NCBI GenBank assembly: GCA_963772835.1
Contig: CAVYYZ010000012.1
Span: 224,001 to 288,000 of the forward strand
Reading direction: 5' to 3'
Source: an uncultured delta proteobacterium
GTDB taxonomy: Bacteria; Desulfobacterota; Desulfuromonadia; Geobacterales; Pseudopelobacteraceae
DNA: 64,000 bases
The notes beneath the pieces were generated by a model. The model was not told the origin of the DNA and made no database searches. It was given only the letters and a program-made list of their open reading frames with translations. This document shows, piece by piece, positions 19,903 through 29,709 of this stretch. The position numbers and the translations under genes were made by a program. Position 1 is the first letter of the stretch. Every line of letters begins with the position of its first letter.

Positions 19903-20543
19903 GTGTAGTAGATCCTTTGCTGCGAGATATATGCTGCTACGTCGGGTGGAACAAACCTGGAAATGTCGGATCCCGCGGTGGCAAGCCGCCGGATTTCAGT
20001 CGAAGAGAGCTCCTGCGGGGAGCCCGTGATAAAACAGACGGTCGTGCCTGAAAGATGCTTCAGGCAGGCGGATTCGCGATCAAAGGCAAACTCACGCCGT
20101 ACAGCATCCGGTACGGCATCAATCGGGTTGATAATCGGGCAGCCGGGACGGTCGACAACAATCAGGTTGCACAGGGAGAATATCTCGGCGTAGCGATGCC
20201 ACGTGCCTATCTCAAGAAAAGAATCTCCACCGATGATAAAAAAAAGATTATCACCCGGAAACCATTCACGGAATATCCGGATCGTATCTATTGAAAATGA
20301 CTTGCCTTCACGCTCAGCCTCGACCGTTGACATCTCGTAATCCGGCCGCCCGGCGATGGCCATTTTTACCATTGTCGAGCGCTGTTCAAACGAAATGCCG
20401 CCAGCCAGCAGCTTGTGCGGCGGATCGGCCGCTGGAATAAAGATGACCTTGTCGAGCAGGCAGGCTGTCTGTGCCTCCGCGGCAATGCGCAGATGGGCGT
20501 TGTGGAGCGGATTGAAACTCCCTCCCAGCAGGCCTATTCTCAT
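19893..20543 (-). CDS. nadD: Nicotinate-nucleotide adenylyltransferase
   Basis: GGSFNPLHNAH, PPHK, IGGDS, SSTEIR. Confidence 0.95.
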   Translation of the reverse strand: MRIGLLGGSFNPLHNAHLRIAAEAQTACLLDKVIFIPAADPPHKLLAGGISFEQRSTMVKMAIAGRPDYEMSTVEAEREGKSFSIDTIRIFREWFPGDNLFFIIGGDSFLEIGTWHRYAEIFSLCNLIVVDRPGCPIINPIDAVPDAVRREFAFDRESACLKHLSGTTVCFITGSPQELSSTEIRRLATAGSDISRFVPPDVAAYISQQRIYYTCQ

Positions 20544-21673
20544 GTCATCAGGATCTTGTTTTTTATAATCAGCATTTCAAATGCCAGCGATGCCTTGTAT
20601 ACCAGCTTCTGAAGCTCCAGCAACCGCGTGCCGAGCGCATCCATATCGGCTGAGACGACTACTACTGCCACGACTTTTTTGAGCATGATAATCGGAAGCA
20701 CCAGAAGAGGCGTACCGGAGGCGACCGCAAGAGCCTTGATCAGCTGAATATTTTCAGGTGTCTGAATCAAAGTACCCATGGCAAACTGCCGGGTCTCGAG
20801 TACATCCCTCATTACGGACGGTTTACTCAGAAGAATGTTCAGGTTTTCCAGCTCTTCAAGGCGCTTTCCTGCACCAACTCCCCGCCAGCCGACCGCCGTA
20901 TTGTTGCGAATAATAAAAAGAGCGCCAACCGTGAATTCCTGGCCGAGATATTTGACAAAAACCGCGGCAACCTGATCACGGTTTTTTGCCGAGGCAAACT
21001 CTATGGAAAGACGATCAACCGAATAACGCTCCATTCCTTCCAATTCTGAAGCATGATCATTCATATAATCAGGAAGGTTGGCAAACCCCTCGAATTCGAG
21101 TGGGATTTGGATGTTGAGCAGCTCACCGCTGTCACTCATCATCGGAATATCAATATTTCCGGTTTTTTTTACGTCGGCCGCAACGGGAGCAGACCTTCGT
21201 TTGTTGGCAAGCTCACCCTCGATCCGGAGGTAACGGATATCGCCCCGGATTTGATAATACTCCGAAAGAGCCGAGGTAATCCGGACGTCCGGCACAATGT
21301 GAGGCAGAATGACACAACCGGTGACAAATGCCACCTCTTCAATCGCTTTAAAATCGGTGGGATCCGCCATGGCCAGCGCCAGTTTCTTCCCGTCGGCCCT
21401 GATCGGTACCACTCGGTATTTGGAGGCCAGCTCTGCAGGTACCAGAGCAAGCACTTTCGGAGGAATGGACAGCATGATGCGCGGGGAAACCGAAGGAACC
21501 CCCAGTTTCCGGCTCAAAAAACCGCACAACTGCTCGTCTGAGATGAACCCCAGTTCAATCAGGCTGCTTCCCAGCTTAATACCGAATACGGTCTGGCTTT
21601 TGAGCGCTTCATCAAGCTGTTCCGGAGTAATCAATTTTTCTTTTAATAATAGTTGGCCGAGCTTGATCGCCAT
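20540..21673 (-). CDS. Stand-alone MshEN/T2SSE_N-domain protein (no ATPase domain)
   Basis: Tandem KLGQLLLKEKLITPEQLDEALKSQ / KLGSSLIELGFISDEQL and LAMADP; no Walker A seen. Confidence 0.8.
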   Translation of the reverse strand: MAIKLGQLLLKEKLITPEQLDEALKSQTVFGIKLGSSLIELGFISDEQLCGFLSRKLGVPSVSPRIMLSIPPKVLALVPAELASKYRVVPIRADGKKLALAMADPTDFKAIEEVAFVTGCVILPHIVPDVRITSALSEYYQIRGDIRYLRIEGELANKRRSAPVAADVKKTGNIDIPMMSDSGELLNIQIPLEFEGFANLPDYMNDHASELEGMERYSVDRLSIEFASAKNRDQVAAVFVKYLGQEFTVGALFIIRNNTAVGWRGVGAGKRLEELENLNILLSKPSVMRDVLETRQFAMGTLIQTPENIQLIKALAVASGTPLLVLPIIMLKKVVAVVVVSADMDALGTRLLELQKLVYKASLAFEMLIIKNKILMT

Positions 21674-21696
21674 TTGTACCTCTTTTGCCGTTGACG

Positions 21697-22536
21697 TTAC
21701 AGAATTTGCGGCTTGAGCAATGTCCCCCGTATCGGCACGGTATAGACCCCCGGCGAAGTCATAAACTTGATCAGCAGCATAAAAACCAGCTTCTGTTTTT
21801 CAAGGAATTCCGGTTTCGGCATGATTTCAAGACTCATGTTAAGAGGCGTCACTCCGGCATTAGCTCCCGACGGTAGGTCGCCCGAAAGCCGCATGAATAC
21901 ACCGTCTCCTTCCAGCGTAAAACTCTCCAGGCGGGCTTTGCCGTCACTGATTCTTATCATCCCCTGGGTTTTCAGATTGGCCGTGTCAGGGAGCGGAAAG
22001 GCTCCAAGCTTAACTCCGGAAAATTCAAGCTGCTTTATCTCAAGCTTCAGGTCGCCGTTCAAACCCTTCGCACTGCGTTGAAGCGTACCGCGGCTCCAGA
22101 GGCTCCCGGCCACCGTTGCCCCCAGGACACTTTTAAAAAAGGGTATGCGCGAAAGATCTATGCCGTCGGCATCAAGATTCATGGCCTCTTTGCCATTCAG
22201 GGCGTATGTAATGTCCAGATGCCCGGTGCCAATCGTTGTCTCTCCCAAAAAGACTGCACGCCCGGTAAAGATCGGAAGCAGAAGCAACCGGACCTGCAGT
22301 CGTTCACAGCTCAGCAGCTGCCCCTGCTCTGATGAAAGCAGTAGATTATCCCACGCCAGACCGGGAAGCACTGTCTTGTGAACCGGCGGAGCCAGCGTCA
22401 ACCCCTGCCCCGTCAGAACCCGGGCAAGTACGGCATCGATCCTCCCTGTCGGAAAAAAGAGGTAACTGAACAGCAGAAAAATAAGTATAACCACGGCCAG
22501 AAGAGCGGCTCCCCATGCAAGCCTCACAATTTTCAT
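21697..22536 (-). CDS. gspN: Type II secretion protein GspN (deltaproteobacterial type)
   Basis: N-terminal TM helix, YLFFP, C-terminal IRGTLLKP; follows gspM. Confidence 0.7.
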   Translation of the reverse strand: MKIVRLAWGAALLAVVILIFLLFSYLFFPTGRIDAVLARVLTGQGLTLAPPVHKTVLPGLAWDNLLLSSEQGQLLSCERLQVRLLLLPIFTGRAVFLGETTIGTGHLDITYALNGKEAMNLDADGIDLSRIPFFKSVLGATVAGSLWSRGTLQRSAKGLNGDLKLEIKQLEFSGVKLGAFPLPDTANLKTQGMIRISDGKARLESFTLEGDGVFMRLSGDLPSGANAGVTPLNMSLEIMPKPEFLEKQKLVFMLLIKFMTSPGVYTVPIRGTLLKPQIL

Positions 22537-23084
22537 TGCTTTGCCTGGCCGGGGACCGGCTTAAGCAGTGCCAGAATCAGACTCAAGTCGCACCGGGACG
22601 GGTCATCAAAACGAATTTTAAGATTACATTTTTTAATGATCAGCGGACGGCTCCCTTTTTCGAGACGATACAGCAGATTAGTCGCTTCATTGAGCGTCAG
22701 TCCATCTATGCGGATATCAGCCGCATCCTCGGTAAAGCCGCTCCGTTCTTCACCCTTTATCGACACGATTTTAACTGATTTCCCTTTGATACCGATATCT
22801 TCGATAATTTTAGCCGGGGAGTCATCCGGGCGCAGAGAAGCCATCCTGCCACTCATCTGATCCGACGACTGACGGGCTGTCAAATACGAGGCTTTGAGCG
22901 GCAGCAGATCCTTCAGTACCGTTTCACGAGCGCTCCGTTTCTGCTCAAGCGCCTGCACTTTCGCGCTCAAAGCCGACCATCCGACCGCTGCAGCCAGCAG
23001 TGCAATCAGGACATAGCCGCACCAGAGCCGTATTCGGCCGTCAAGATACCGCCATCTGTCAAGGATTATTTCCAGAGGTTTCAT
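22533..23084 (-). CDS. gspM: Type II secretion protein GspM
   Basis: TM helix, coiled coil and small C-terminal domain; position after gspL. Confidence 0.7.
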   Translation of the reverse strand: MKPLEIILDRWRYLDGRIRLWCGYVLIALLAAAVGWSALSAKVQALEQKRSARETVLKDLLPLKASYLTARQSSDQMSGRMASLRPDDSPAKIIEDIGIKGKSVKIVSIKGEERSGFTEDAADIRIDGLTLNEATNLLYRLEKGSRPLIIKKCNLKIRFDDPSRCDLSLILALLKPVPGQAKQ

Positions 23085-24391
23085 CTCGTCCCCTCCTTGA
23101 GCGTTCCTGTCAAACTGAATGAAACCGTGCCATCGGGGCGACTCTTGACCTCACCCAATTCGGCAGCGGCCAGCAGAGGAGCAAGCACTGCTCTAAATTC
23201 ATTAACCGCCTGAGCGGAACGGGCATCACCTTTTATCCGGAGGTTGCGACCCTCCAGTTCGGCTTCGTAGAGACCATTGATGCTGCTTCCTTTTGCTTCG
23301 GCAAGCTTTTTTAATAAATCAAGATACCCGCTTGAATTTTCGACACCGGCCAATTTCCTGATCTCTCCTTTGATTTCAGATATTTCATCAACCGCCTTGG
23401 CCCGGGACGGGAATATTTCGTGATAGAGAGAGGCTATCGATTTGTTCAGCGAAGAAATATCAGCCGCTGCGGCACGGTACTGGAGGCCTTTGTTTACAAA
23501 AAGCAGCACGATGATCGCCGCCGCCAGTATTCCTGTCAGAATCAATTTTTTACGAAATTTGGCATCCCCGGCGGTCCATGCCAGATCTCCCTGGCGGAAA
23601 TCGGGCAGTGTACCGTTATGGCAGGCATGTGCAACAGCATAAAAACCGGCCAACTGCTGAAAGGTTTCATCATTTTTGAACAGATGCCCCAGTTCCTGCG
23701 GCAGTTCTAACTTTTCAACCGGTATCAGTCCGGCAGCAGCAGATAATCCTTCACTTCCCTGTCCGAACAGGCAGAGCCTTTTTGGAGCCTCCCCCCCGGA
23801 GAGTTCCAATGCCGACAATGTTGCTTCTATCATTGGAGCTGTCATGGCGGAATCGGACGAGCGGAAATACGTCAATCGTCCGCCATCCAATAGTGCCAGG
23901 GTGCTTCCGTCGCAGACGGCACAGTCGGAGGGCACTCCCGGGAGCCCGGCAAATGCGAGCGGGAGTGAACTGACAACCTGAGGCTCGATTCCTGCTTCCT
24001 GGAACTGCGCGATTGCAGTGCTGATATCGCTCTTGCGGGCCCAGAGGGAGAGAAACCGGCCTTCCCCGACCGCCAGAAGTCCCAGCGCAAGCTCTTCTAC
24101 CGGAAGAGCTATTTCACCCTGCAAGTGTGCCGGGAGAACTTCACGTGCCTTGCGGAGATCACTGAACGGAAGCTCAATGGAACGTTGCGCAAACAGCGTC
24201 GGCGGGAGGCAGAGCACAACACGAGGGGAACCGGTCATTTTTTCGGTTATGCTGCCGATAGCGTCGGACAGCGACCGCTCTTCGTTCAGCTCTATCATCG
24301 CAGCACCGATCAGTTCCGTAGAACGCCTCGATACTCCGAAATGGGCAACAGTCAGTCGATTTTCTTCTGCCTGCAGAATCAGATAGTCCAT
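23081..24391 (-). CDS. gspL: Type II secretion protein GspL
   Basis: Cytoplasmic domain (RSIELPF), DFRQG, TM helix, periplasmic domain; start could be 24412. Confidence 0.75.
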   Translation of the reverse strand: MDYLILQAEENRLTVAHFGVSRRSTELIGAAMIELNEERSLSDAIGSITEKMTGSPRVVLCLPPTLFAQRSIELPFSDLRKAREVLPAHLQGEIALPVEELALGLLAVGEGRFLSLWARKSDISTAIAQFQEAGIEPQVVSSLPLAFAGLPGVPSDCAVCDGSTLALLDGGRLTYFRSSDSAMTAPMIEATLSALELSGGEAPKRLCLFGQGSEGLSAAAGLIPVEKLELPQELGHLFKNDETFQQLAGFYAVAHACHNGTLPDFRQGDLAWTAGDAKFRKKLILTGILAAAIIVLLFVNKGLQYRAAAADISSLNKSIASLYHEIFPSRAKAVDEISEIKGEIRKLAGVENSSGYLDLLKKLAEAKGSSINGLYEAELEGRNLRIKGDARSAQAVNEFRAVLAPLLAAAELGEVKSRPDGTVSFSLTGTLKEGTR

Positions 24392-24438
24392 GGTACGCTG
24401 CACCCTCATCAACCGAAATTGGAACTATTTACCGTCTG

Positions 24439-25377
24439 TCAGTATTCCTGCCAGGACAAAAATTCATGCGCACTGCCTGACAGCCTCACAACCGCTACAA
24501 CTGTCCTGCCGGAATCCTTGACTTTGGCTGTAGAGGTTATTCTGAAAAGATTGCCTTTGACACTGATCTTTCCGACCAGACCGGTTGCTATCGTATCCAT
24601 CCCTGATACCCGCGAAAGCTCTCCCGTCGACTTGAATGGCTGAATACGTCGATTTTCCATGATTCGCTCTGCCATCGAGGAGTCGATACGGTCGTCGAGA
24701 GCGGCCAGGATCTCTTTCGGTGCAGTATTTATATTGACCGTCGACTGCGGCGATCCGGCCTGATCAGAAAAGGTCGTCAGATACGGTTGCAGCCGGCTAC
24801 ACAACTCAGGCGTAAAACCCTTGACGAGCGACAGTTCCGTCAGCGTCATCAACCTGCCGTTACGGGCACTGTAGGCAGGTTTCCGGGTGCGATAATACGG
24901 CGTCTCAACGCCGCCGGAGCGGGGCTGGTCGTCGCTGTCAATCCAATCCGCTACTGCGCCCCAGACATCTGTCGTGATATTCAGATTCCTGCTCAGCCGC
25001 TGTAGAGCCCCGAGTGTAAACGGTTCGTACTCTCCGTTGGGCTGCACCAGACCGTTGATGTTTATTTTACCACTTTCCTCGCTGATCGTGATTTCCAGCG
25101 AACCGGCATCGTCATCCAGCTTGATCGGTGTTGCCCACTGGTCCGAAAGCGAGGTATACGAACGGCTGGAGAGCGCCAGCTGCAGAAGCTTTGCGCCCCC
25201 TGTTGCACCGGATTCAGCCAGAATTGAAGCCTGCTGTCCATCACGGAAGCCCCGGCTGAGTGAGGTATCCACATACACCTGATGGATCATCTCGATCACG
25301 ACAGCCACCATCAGTGCCGTTACGACCAGTGTCAAAATCAGGGCGAATCCGGATTCACTTTTGAGCCGCCCTGTCAT
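24439..25377 (-). CDS. gspK: Minor pseudopilin GspK
   Basis: GFALILTL, ESGKININ, DWIDSD, VNINTAP. Confidence 0.9.
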   Translation of the reverse strand: MTGRLKSESGFALILTLVVTALMVAVVIEMIHQVYVDTSLSRGFRDGQQASILAESGATGGAKLLQLALSSRSYTSLSDQWATPIKLDDDAGSLEITISEESGKININGLVQPNGEYEPFTLGALQRLSRNLNITTDVWGAVADWIDSDDQPRSGGVETPYYRTRKPAYSARNGRLMTLTELSLVKGFTPELCSRLQPYLTTFSDQAGSPQSTVNINTAPKEILAALDDRIDSSMAERIMENRRIQPFKSTGELSRVSGMDTIATGLVGKISVKGNLFRITSTAKVKDSGRTVVAVVRLSGSAHEFLSWQEY

Positions 25378-26012
25378 GATCCGGTCACCCGCGGGGACGA
25401 GAGCACTGAAAACTCTACCGGTTTGCCTTGCTCCTCAATCTGTACTGTTACCCGAATCCCCTTGGGCAGACCACCGTTTATTGCAGTATCCCAGCTTTTG
25501 ACCCATTTTGATCCGTCATAGCACTCCACCAGAAAAGCGCTGATCAGCTCCATCTGCGGATACGCGGGGATGACGGCCTCTTCAGAGAACAGATCACGCT
25601 CCTGACGTGTCAAGGAATGCCGTGTAGCTTTCTCGGCAATCATGTACGTGACGACCACAATACCCGATTCGCTACGGCTCTGCCCGGCAGGTGGTGCCAA
25701 AGTGGTCAGTTCCAGGGTCGAAGAATGTGAGCCGAAGTTATCCCGATCTTCCACCACGAATCGCAGTCTTTTGTCACTGCGGTTAAACTGGGCAGATGAA
25801 ACTTCACGGCGGATCAAATCAAGGGTCGCTCCAAGTTCCCGCCGTGATTCCATTCCGGCTGAAGCACGGTCCCTGGCATTTATGACACCGAAGTAACTGC
25901 CATAGAGCGCCGCAGACAGGATGCCGAGCAAAACCACAGCAATAAGGACTTCCAGCAGTGTGAAACCGCTATTTCGAGAGATATCGGACAAGTGCCACTT
26001 CCCTGCCATCAC
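25374..26012 (-). CDS. gspJ: Minor pseudopilin GspJ
   Basis: Prepilin motif GFTLLEVLIA; W..SWD..LPKGIRV. Confidence 0.85.
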   Translation of the reverse strand: MMAGKWHLSDISRNSGFTLLEVLIAVVLLGILSAALYGSYFGVINARDRASAGMESRRELGATLDLIRREVSSAQFNRSDKRLRFVVEDRDNFGSHSSTLELTTLAPPAGQSRSESGIVVVTYMIAEKATRHSLTRQERDLFSEEAVIPAYPQMELISAFLVECYDGSKWVKSWDTAINGGLPKGIRVTVQIEEQGKPVEFSVLSSPRVTGS

Positions 26013-26301
26013 CGGGGCGCGTTACCCTGACAACAAGCTTCTGCAGGCCGGGCAGATCGGCCGGCAGCAGATCGGCTTTCCAGCTCAGTTCAGGATGGGA
26101 TGGAGCAAACGTTCCTTCTCCCTTGGTCGGGGAATTTCCCATTTCATCCATGCGGGTGCGGGCCAACAGAGTAAAAGTTGTACTGTCGCGCTCGTTGGCT
26201 ATGATCCCGAGATGATAATTTACCGACCCCAGCAGGGTCAGGATGACACCGGCCATGATCGCAAGGGCCACCATTACTTCAAGAAGCGTAAACCCTCTCA
26301 T
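25969..26301 (-). CDS. gspI: Minor pseudopilin GspI
   Basis: MRGFTLLEVMVALAI; 110 aa; position between gspH and gspJ. Confidence 0.85.
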   Translation of the reverse strand: MRGFTLLEVMVALAIMAGVILTLLGSVNYHLGIIANERDSTTFTLLARTRMDEMGNSPTKGEGTFAPSHPELSWKADLLPADLPGLQKLVVRVTRPGDGREVALVRYLSK

Positions 26302-26855
26302 GGCGGATCCTCAAGGTATCCCTCGTACGCCTTTACCTTGCCGCCCGATGGAAAGGCCATCACCGTCCAGAATTTACCCTCTGCAGAGCGGAGATGAATG
26401 GTGACAAAGTCCCGTATCCCCCCTACTCCGATATCTACCCGCAACTGACCATCGATGACTTTGCCCAGACGGGGAATCCGCACATCCGCGACCATGATAC
26501 CCTCTTTTACCGGCGACTTCTGCAGCATCGGGTCTGATGGTTCTTTTGGACTCCCGTCCCCACCGACCTCAAGGATCTTTAGGGATTCGGTCCCCGGTGC
26601 CAGAGCAAGATAATAAGCGGTTCGAGACGTAGCGGCCCTTTCCTGCACATACCGAAGAGTCGAGGCCAATGTTCGCGCTGAAGTTTTCAGATTTTCCTGG
26701 TCTGACGAGGGGAGACGCGGGAGAACCAGCAACATGACCATTCCGATAATGGCCATCACGATCGCGAGCTCAATCAGAGTAAAACCGGACCGGCTTTGTT
26801 TATTACCGCACTGTCCGATGATATTCGAGCCGCTGTCTGAATGGCTGTCCATCAA
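26298..26855 (-). CDS. gspH: Minor pseudopilin GspH
   Basis: GFTLIELAIV prepilin motif; first gene of the pseudopilin run. Confidence 0.78.
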   Translation of the reverse strand: MMDSHSDSGSNIIGQCGNKQSRSGFTLIELAIVMAIIGMVMLLVLPRLPSSDQENLKTSARTLASTLRYVQERAATSRTAYYLALAPGTESLKILEVGGDGSPKEPSDPMLQKSPVKEGIMVADVRIPRLGKVIDGQLRVDIGVGGIRDFVTIHLRSAEGKFWTVMAFPSGGKVKAYEGYLEDPP

Positions 26856-26856
26856 C

Positions 26857-28005
26857 TCAGGCCAGTGCAGTTATGCCTGCCAGTTCCGCACCAAAAAGTC
26901 GCTTTTGCCATTCCCTCATTCCCGGTATGGCATCAAGCTCGTCCCTGGTAGCCAGCTGCGTGTCGGCAATCGCTTCAAGCAGCCAGTTGGGAGCAAGCAC
27001 ACCCGGATCAAGCCCGAGTTCTGCACTGTACCTCTCACGCCATATTTTAAGGTTTTTCAGCCGTTCCTTAACCCGCTCCGATACTTCTTTCCTGCCGTTG
27101 CGCGGGAAACTGGGTAACGACTCTTCAGGCATTGCAAGCCCCCGTTCTACGGCTGATATAATGCCGTCACCATGCCGCTGGAGTTGGCCGGAGGTCATTC
27201 CTTTAAAAAAAGAAAGCTCGTGTAACGATCGTGGTCTGTGTTCAGCTACCTCAATCAGAGTATCAGCCGACAATACTTTGAACGGCGGGCGATCCAGAAG
27301 TTCCGACTGTCGGGCCCGCATCTGAAGCAATTCTTCGAGGATGGCAAGGGCGTGTCCTCTCAGCTTTCCGGCGCCTTTACAGTAGAGAAATAACGGTCCC
27401 TCTTTTTCTGACACCCGCGCCTGGCACAGCAGCACACCTTCTTCTTCAAGCCACTCCAACCTGCCTTTGTCAGTAAGTTCTACCCTGAACTGATCATACA
27501 GCGACAGCAGATCAGAAGTGTCCGCTGCGGCATAGGCACACATCTCCCTGGTCAAGGGGCGTTTGCTCCAATCCGCCTTCTGGTATTTTTTGTCAAGTTC
27601 GATCCCGAAGCGCACTTTCAAAAGCGCCGCCAGACCAAACTCCGTAATCCCCAAAAAACGCGCAGATATCATTGTATCGAACAGGTTTGTGACTTCGATA
27701 CTGTAGTCACGATGCAGTGACCGGATGTCGTAATCAGAGCCGTGCATGACAACGACTATTTCCGGGTTGGCGAGAGGAGCTGCCAGAGGAGAAAGAGACG
27801 TCAGCGCCAGAGGGTCTATCAACCAGCTCTGCTGGCGGGTTGAGACCTGAACGAGGCAGACTTTTTCGCGGTAGTGATGAAGAGAATCCATCTCCATATC
27901 GACTGCAATTTCTGTCTGATGTGATAGGATATCGGCAACTTCGGTCAACCGCGCCGTGGTGGTAATGATTTCGCAGGTTCCAGCCTGCCTATGGAAAGAA
28001 TTCAA
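26857..28005 (-). CDS. rnd: Ribonuclease D (3'-5' exonuclease plus HRDC)
   Basis: AVDMEMDS, CLVQVST, LFDTMISA, DWSKRPL, YAAAD. Confidence 0.9.
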   Translation of the reverse strand: MNSFHRQAGTCEIITTTARLTEVADILSHQTEIAVDMEMDSLHHYREKVCLVQVSTRQQSWLIDPLALTSLSPLAAPLANPEIVVVMHGSDYDIRSLHRDYSIEVTNLFDTMISARFLGITEFGLAALLKVRFGIELDKKYQKADWSKRPLTREMCAYAAADTSDLLSLYDQFRVELTDKGRLEWLEEEGVLLCQARVSEKEGPLFLYCKGAGKLRGHALAILEELLQMRARQSELLDRPPFKVLSADTLIEVAEHRPRSLHELSFFKGMTSGQLQRHGDGIISAVERGLAMPEESLPSFPRNGRKEVSERVKERLKNLKIWRERYSAELGLDPGVLAPNWLLEAIADTQLATRDELDAIPGMREWQKRLFGAELAGITALA

Positions 28006-29054
28006 ACCGGAAACTCCCGAATAATTGAATAGGTTGTGGTACGTTGAGCGGCCCGGAAGCCGGCTCCACGTATCAGGGTTACCATCTCTTGCTGCGACAT
28101 GCAGAAACTGCAGCCGGCAGCGGCTACTACATTTTCCTCAAGCATGGTCCCGCCAAGGTCGTTAGCCCCGAAAAACAGAGCAACGGAAGCCATTTTGGCA
28201 CCTTGTGTAACCCAACTGGCCTGAATGTTGGAAATGTTGTCAAGTACGATCCGCGACAAAGCCAGTACCTTCAGATAATCGATGCCCGTGGCGGTGGTGC
28301 CCCCCAGTTCGGTGTTGCCCGGTTGGTAGGTCCAGGGAATAAACGCCGTGAATGATCCGCCCTGATCCTGGATTTCACGCACCCGGAAGAGGTGTTCAAT
28401 AATATCTTCCGGCTTCTCGCTGCTTCCAAACATCATTGTGGCGGTGGTCGGCATGCCAAGCCGGGCGGCCTTTAGCATGACCTCGCCCCACTGTTGCCAC
28501 CCGATTTTTTTGGGAGAGATGCTGCTGCGCACCTCGTCTACCAATATCTCGGCGCCACCACCCGGAATCGAATCGAGCCCGGCTCTCTTAAGACGAAGCA
28601 GCGTTTCGTCGAGCGTAAGAATTGAGTTGACAGAGATACAGACCACTTCAGCCGGGGAAAGGGAGTGATTCTGTATCGCCGGAAAACGTTTCTTTATTTC
28701 GTAAAAGAGTTCTTCAAAAAATTCTATTTTCAAGTCCGGGTTAAGGCCACCCTGCATCAGCAGCTGGGTCCCCCCCTGTTCGACAAGCTCGGCTATCTTT
28801 TCATAGATCTGTGCATGCGTCAGTATATAGGCATCAGTCGCGTTTTTGGTTCGGTAAAAGGCGCAAAAAGAGCATTTCGTATCACAGATATTGGTATAAT
28901 TCACGTTGCGATCTACTACAAATGTGACCAGACCTTCAGGGTGAAGCTGCCGCCTTATTTCGTCGGCCCTTTCTCCAAGGGCAAGCAGATTCCCGTTACG
29001 CAGCAGATCCAGAGCCGCAGTACGCTCAATTCTATTCGCATCGGCTGTTTTCAC
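28002..29054 (-). CDS. mqnC: Cyclic dehypoxanthinyl futalosine synthase (radical SAM)
   Basis: DRNVNYTNICDTKCSFCAFYR, PGGGAEIL, IQASWVTQG, MLEENVV. Confidence 0.9.
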   Translation of the reverse strand: MKTADANRIERTAALDLLRNGNLLALGERADEIRRQLHPEGLVTFVVDRNVNYTNICDTKCSFCAFYRTKNATDAYILTHAQIYEKIAELVEQGGTQLLMQGGLNPDLKIEFFEELFYEIKKRFPAIQNHSLSPAEVVCISVNSILTLDETLLRLKRAGLDSIPGGGAEILVDEVRSSISPKKIGWQQWGEVMLKAARLGMPTTATMMFGSSEKPEDIIEHLFRVREIQDQGGSFTAFIPWTYQPGNTELGGTTATGIDYLKVLALSRIVLDNISNIQASWVTQGAKMASVALFFGANDLGGTMLEENVVAAAGCSFCMSQQEMVTLIRGAGFRAAQRTTTYSIIREFPV

Positions 29055-29473
29055 GCAATGGCCTTGAGAATATTCATCCGTTTTTCCAGTTCGGATTCAA
29101 GCATCCTGCGGATCTCAAGTGGAATCCTCCGGGCTTTTAGGGCCGGGCTTATGCAGGCCAGCGTGACCAAGCCCTCAACCAGCAGTTTACCGTCATTCTG
29201 CCGCATTATTTTCTGGCAGAGCGTCACGGATGATCCTCCGACTCGCGACGGATGTGTCGTAACCGTAAGAAGATCATCATGAAGTGCAGGAGCTTTGAAA
29301 TCAATTTCCAGACGTACTACCGGAAAGACAAAACCATTTCTGGCAAGTTCAGCCACAGAAAAACCGTGACTGCGAAAATATTCAGTTCGTGCCCGTTCCA
29401 GATATTTGATGTAATTTGCATGATACACGACGCCACCGGCATCGGTATCCTCATAATATATTCGAACGTCCAT
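29051..29473 (-). CDS. ybgC: YbgC-family acyl-CoA thioesterase
   Basis: YYEDTDAGGVVYHANYIKYLERARTE. Confidence 0.85.
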   Translation of the reverse strand: MDVRIYYEDTDAGGVVYHANYIKYLERARTEYFRSHGFSVAELARNGFVFPVVRLEIDFKAPALHDDLLTVTTHPSRVGGSSVTLCQKIMRQNDGKLLVEGLVTLACISPALKARRIPLEIRRMLESELEKRMNILKAIA

Positions 29474-29592
29474 CTGCTATCTCTGTCCCATCTTTGCCCG
29501 ATTACCTGTTGCAGGGAATTACTCTAGTGCAGTTTCTTTTCATCTGCAACTTATTCTCGGTATTTTAAAGCAAAAAAAGCTCCCCGGCGTTC

Positions 29593-29698
29593 AGACGCCA
29601 TAAAACCTCCTGAGACATCGCAAGACCCCAAACACATACTTGGCCATCTGCATGCGCACGTTTGGGCCTCAGAAGCGATATTTGAAGCAGCACCGCCT
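29593..29698 (-). other. Long imperfect hairpin downstream of rsmG followed by a U-tract
   Basis: Minus-strand pairings AGGCG/CGUCU, GCUUC/GGAGGU, AUAUCGC/GCGAUGU, GAGGCCCAAAC/GUUUGGGGUCUU; T7 at 29572-29578. Confidence 0.45.
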
Positions 29699-29709
29699 CA
29701 ACCCTTATT

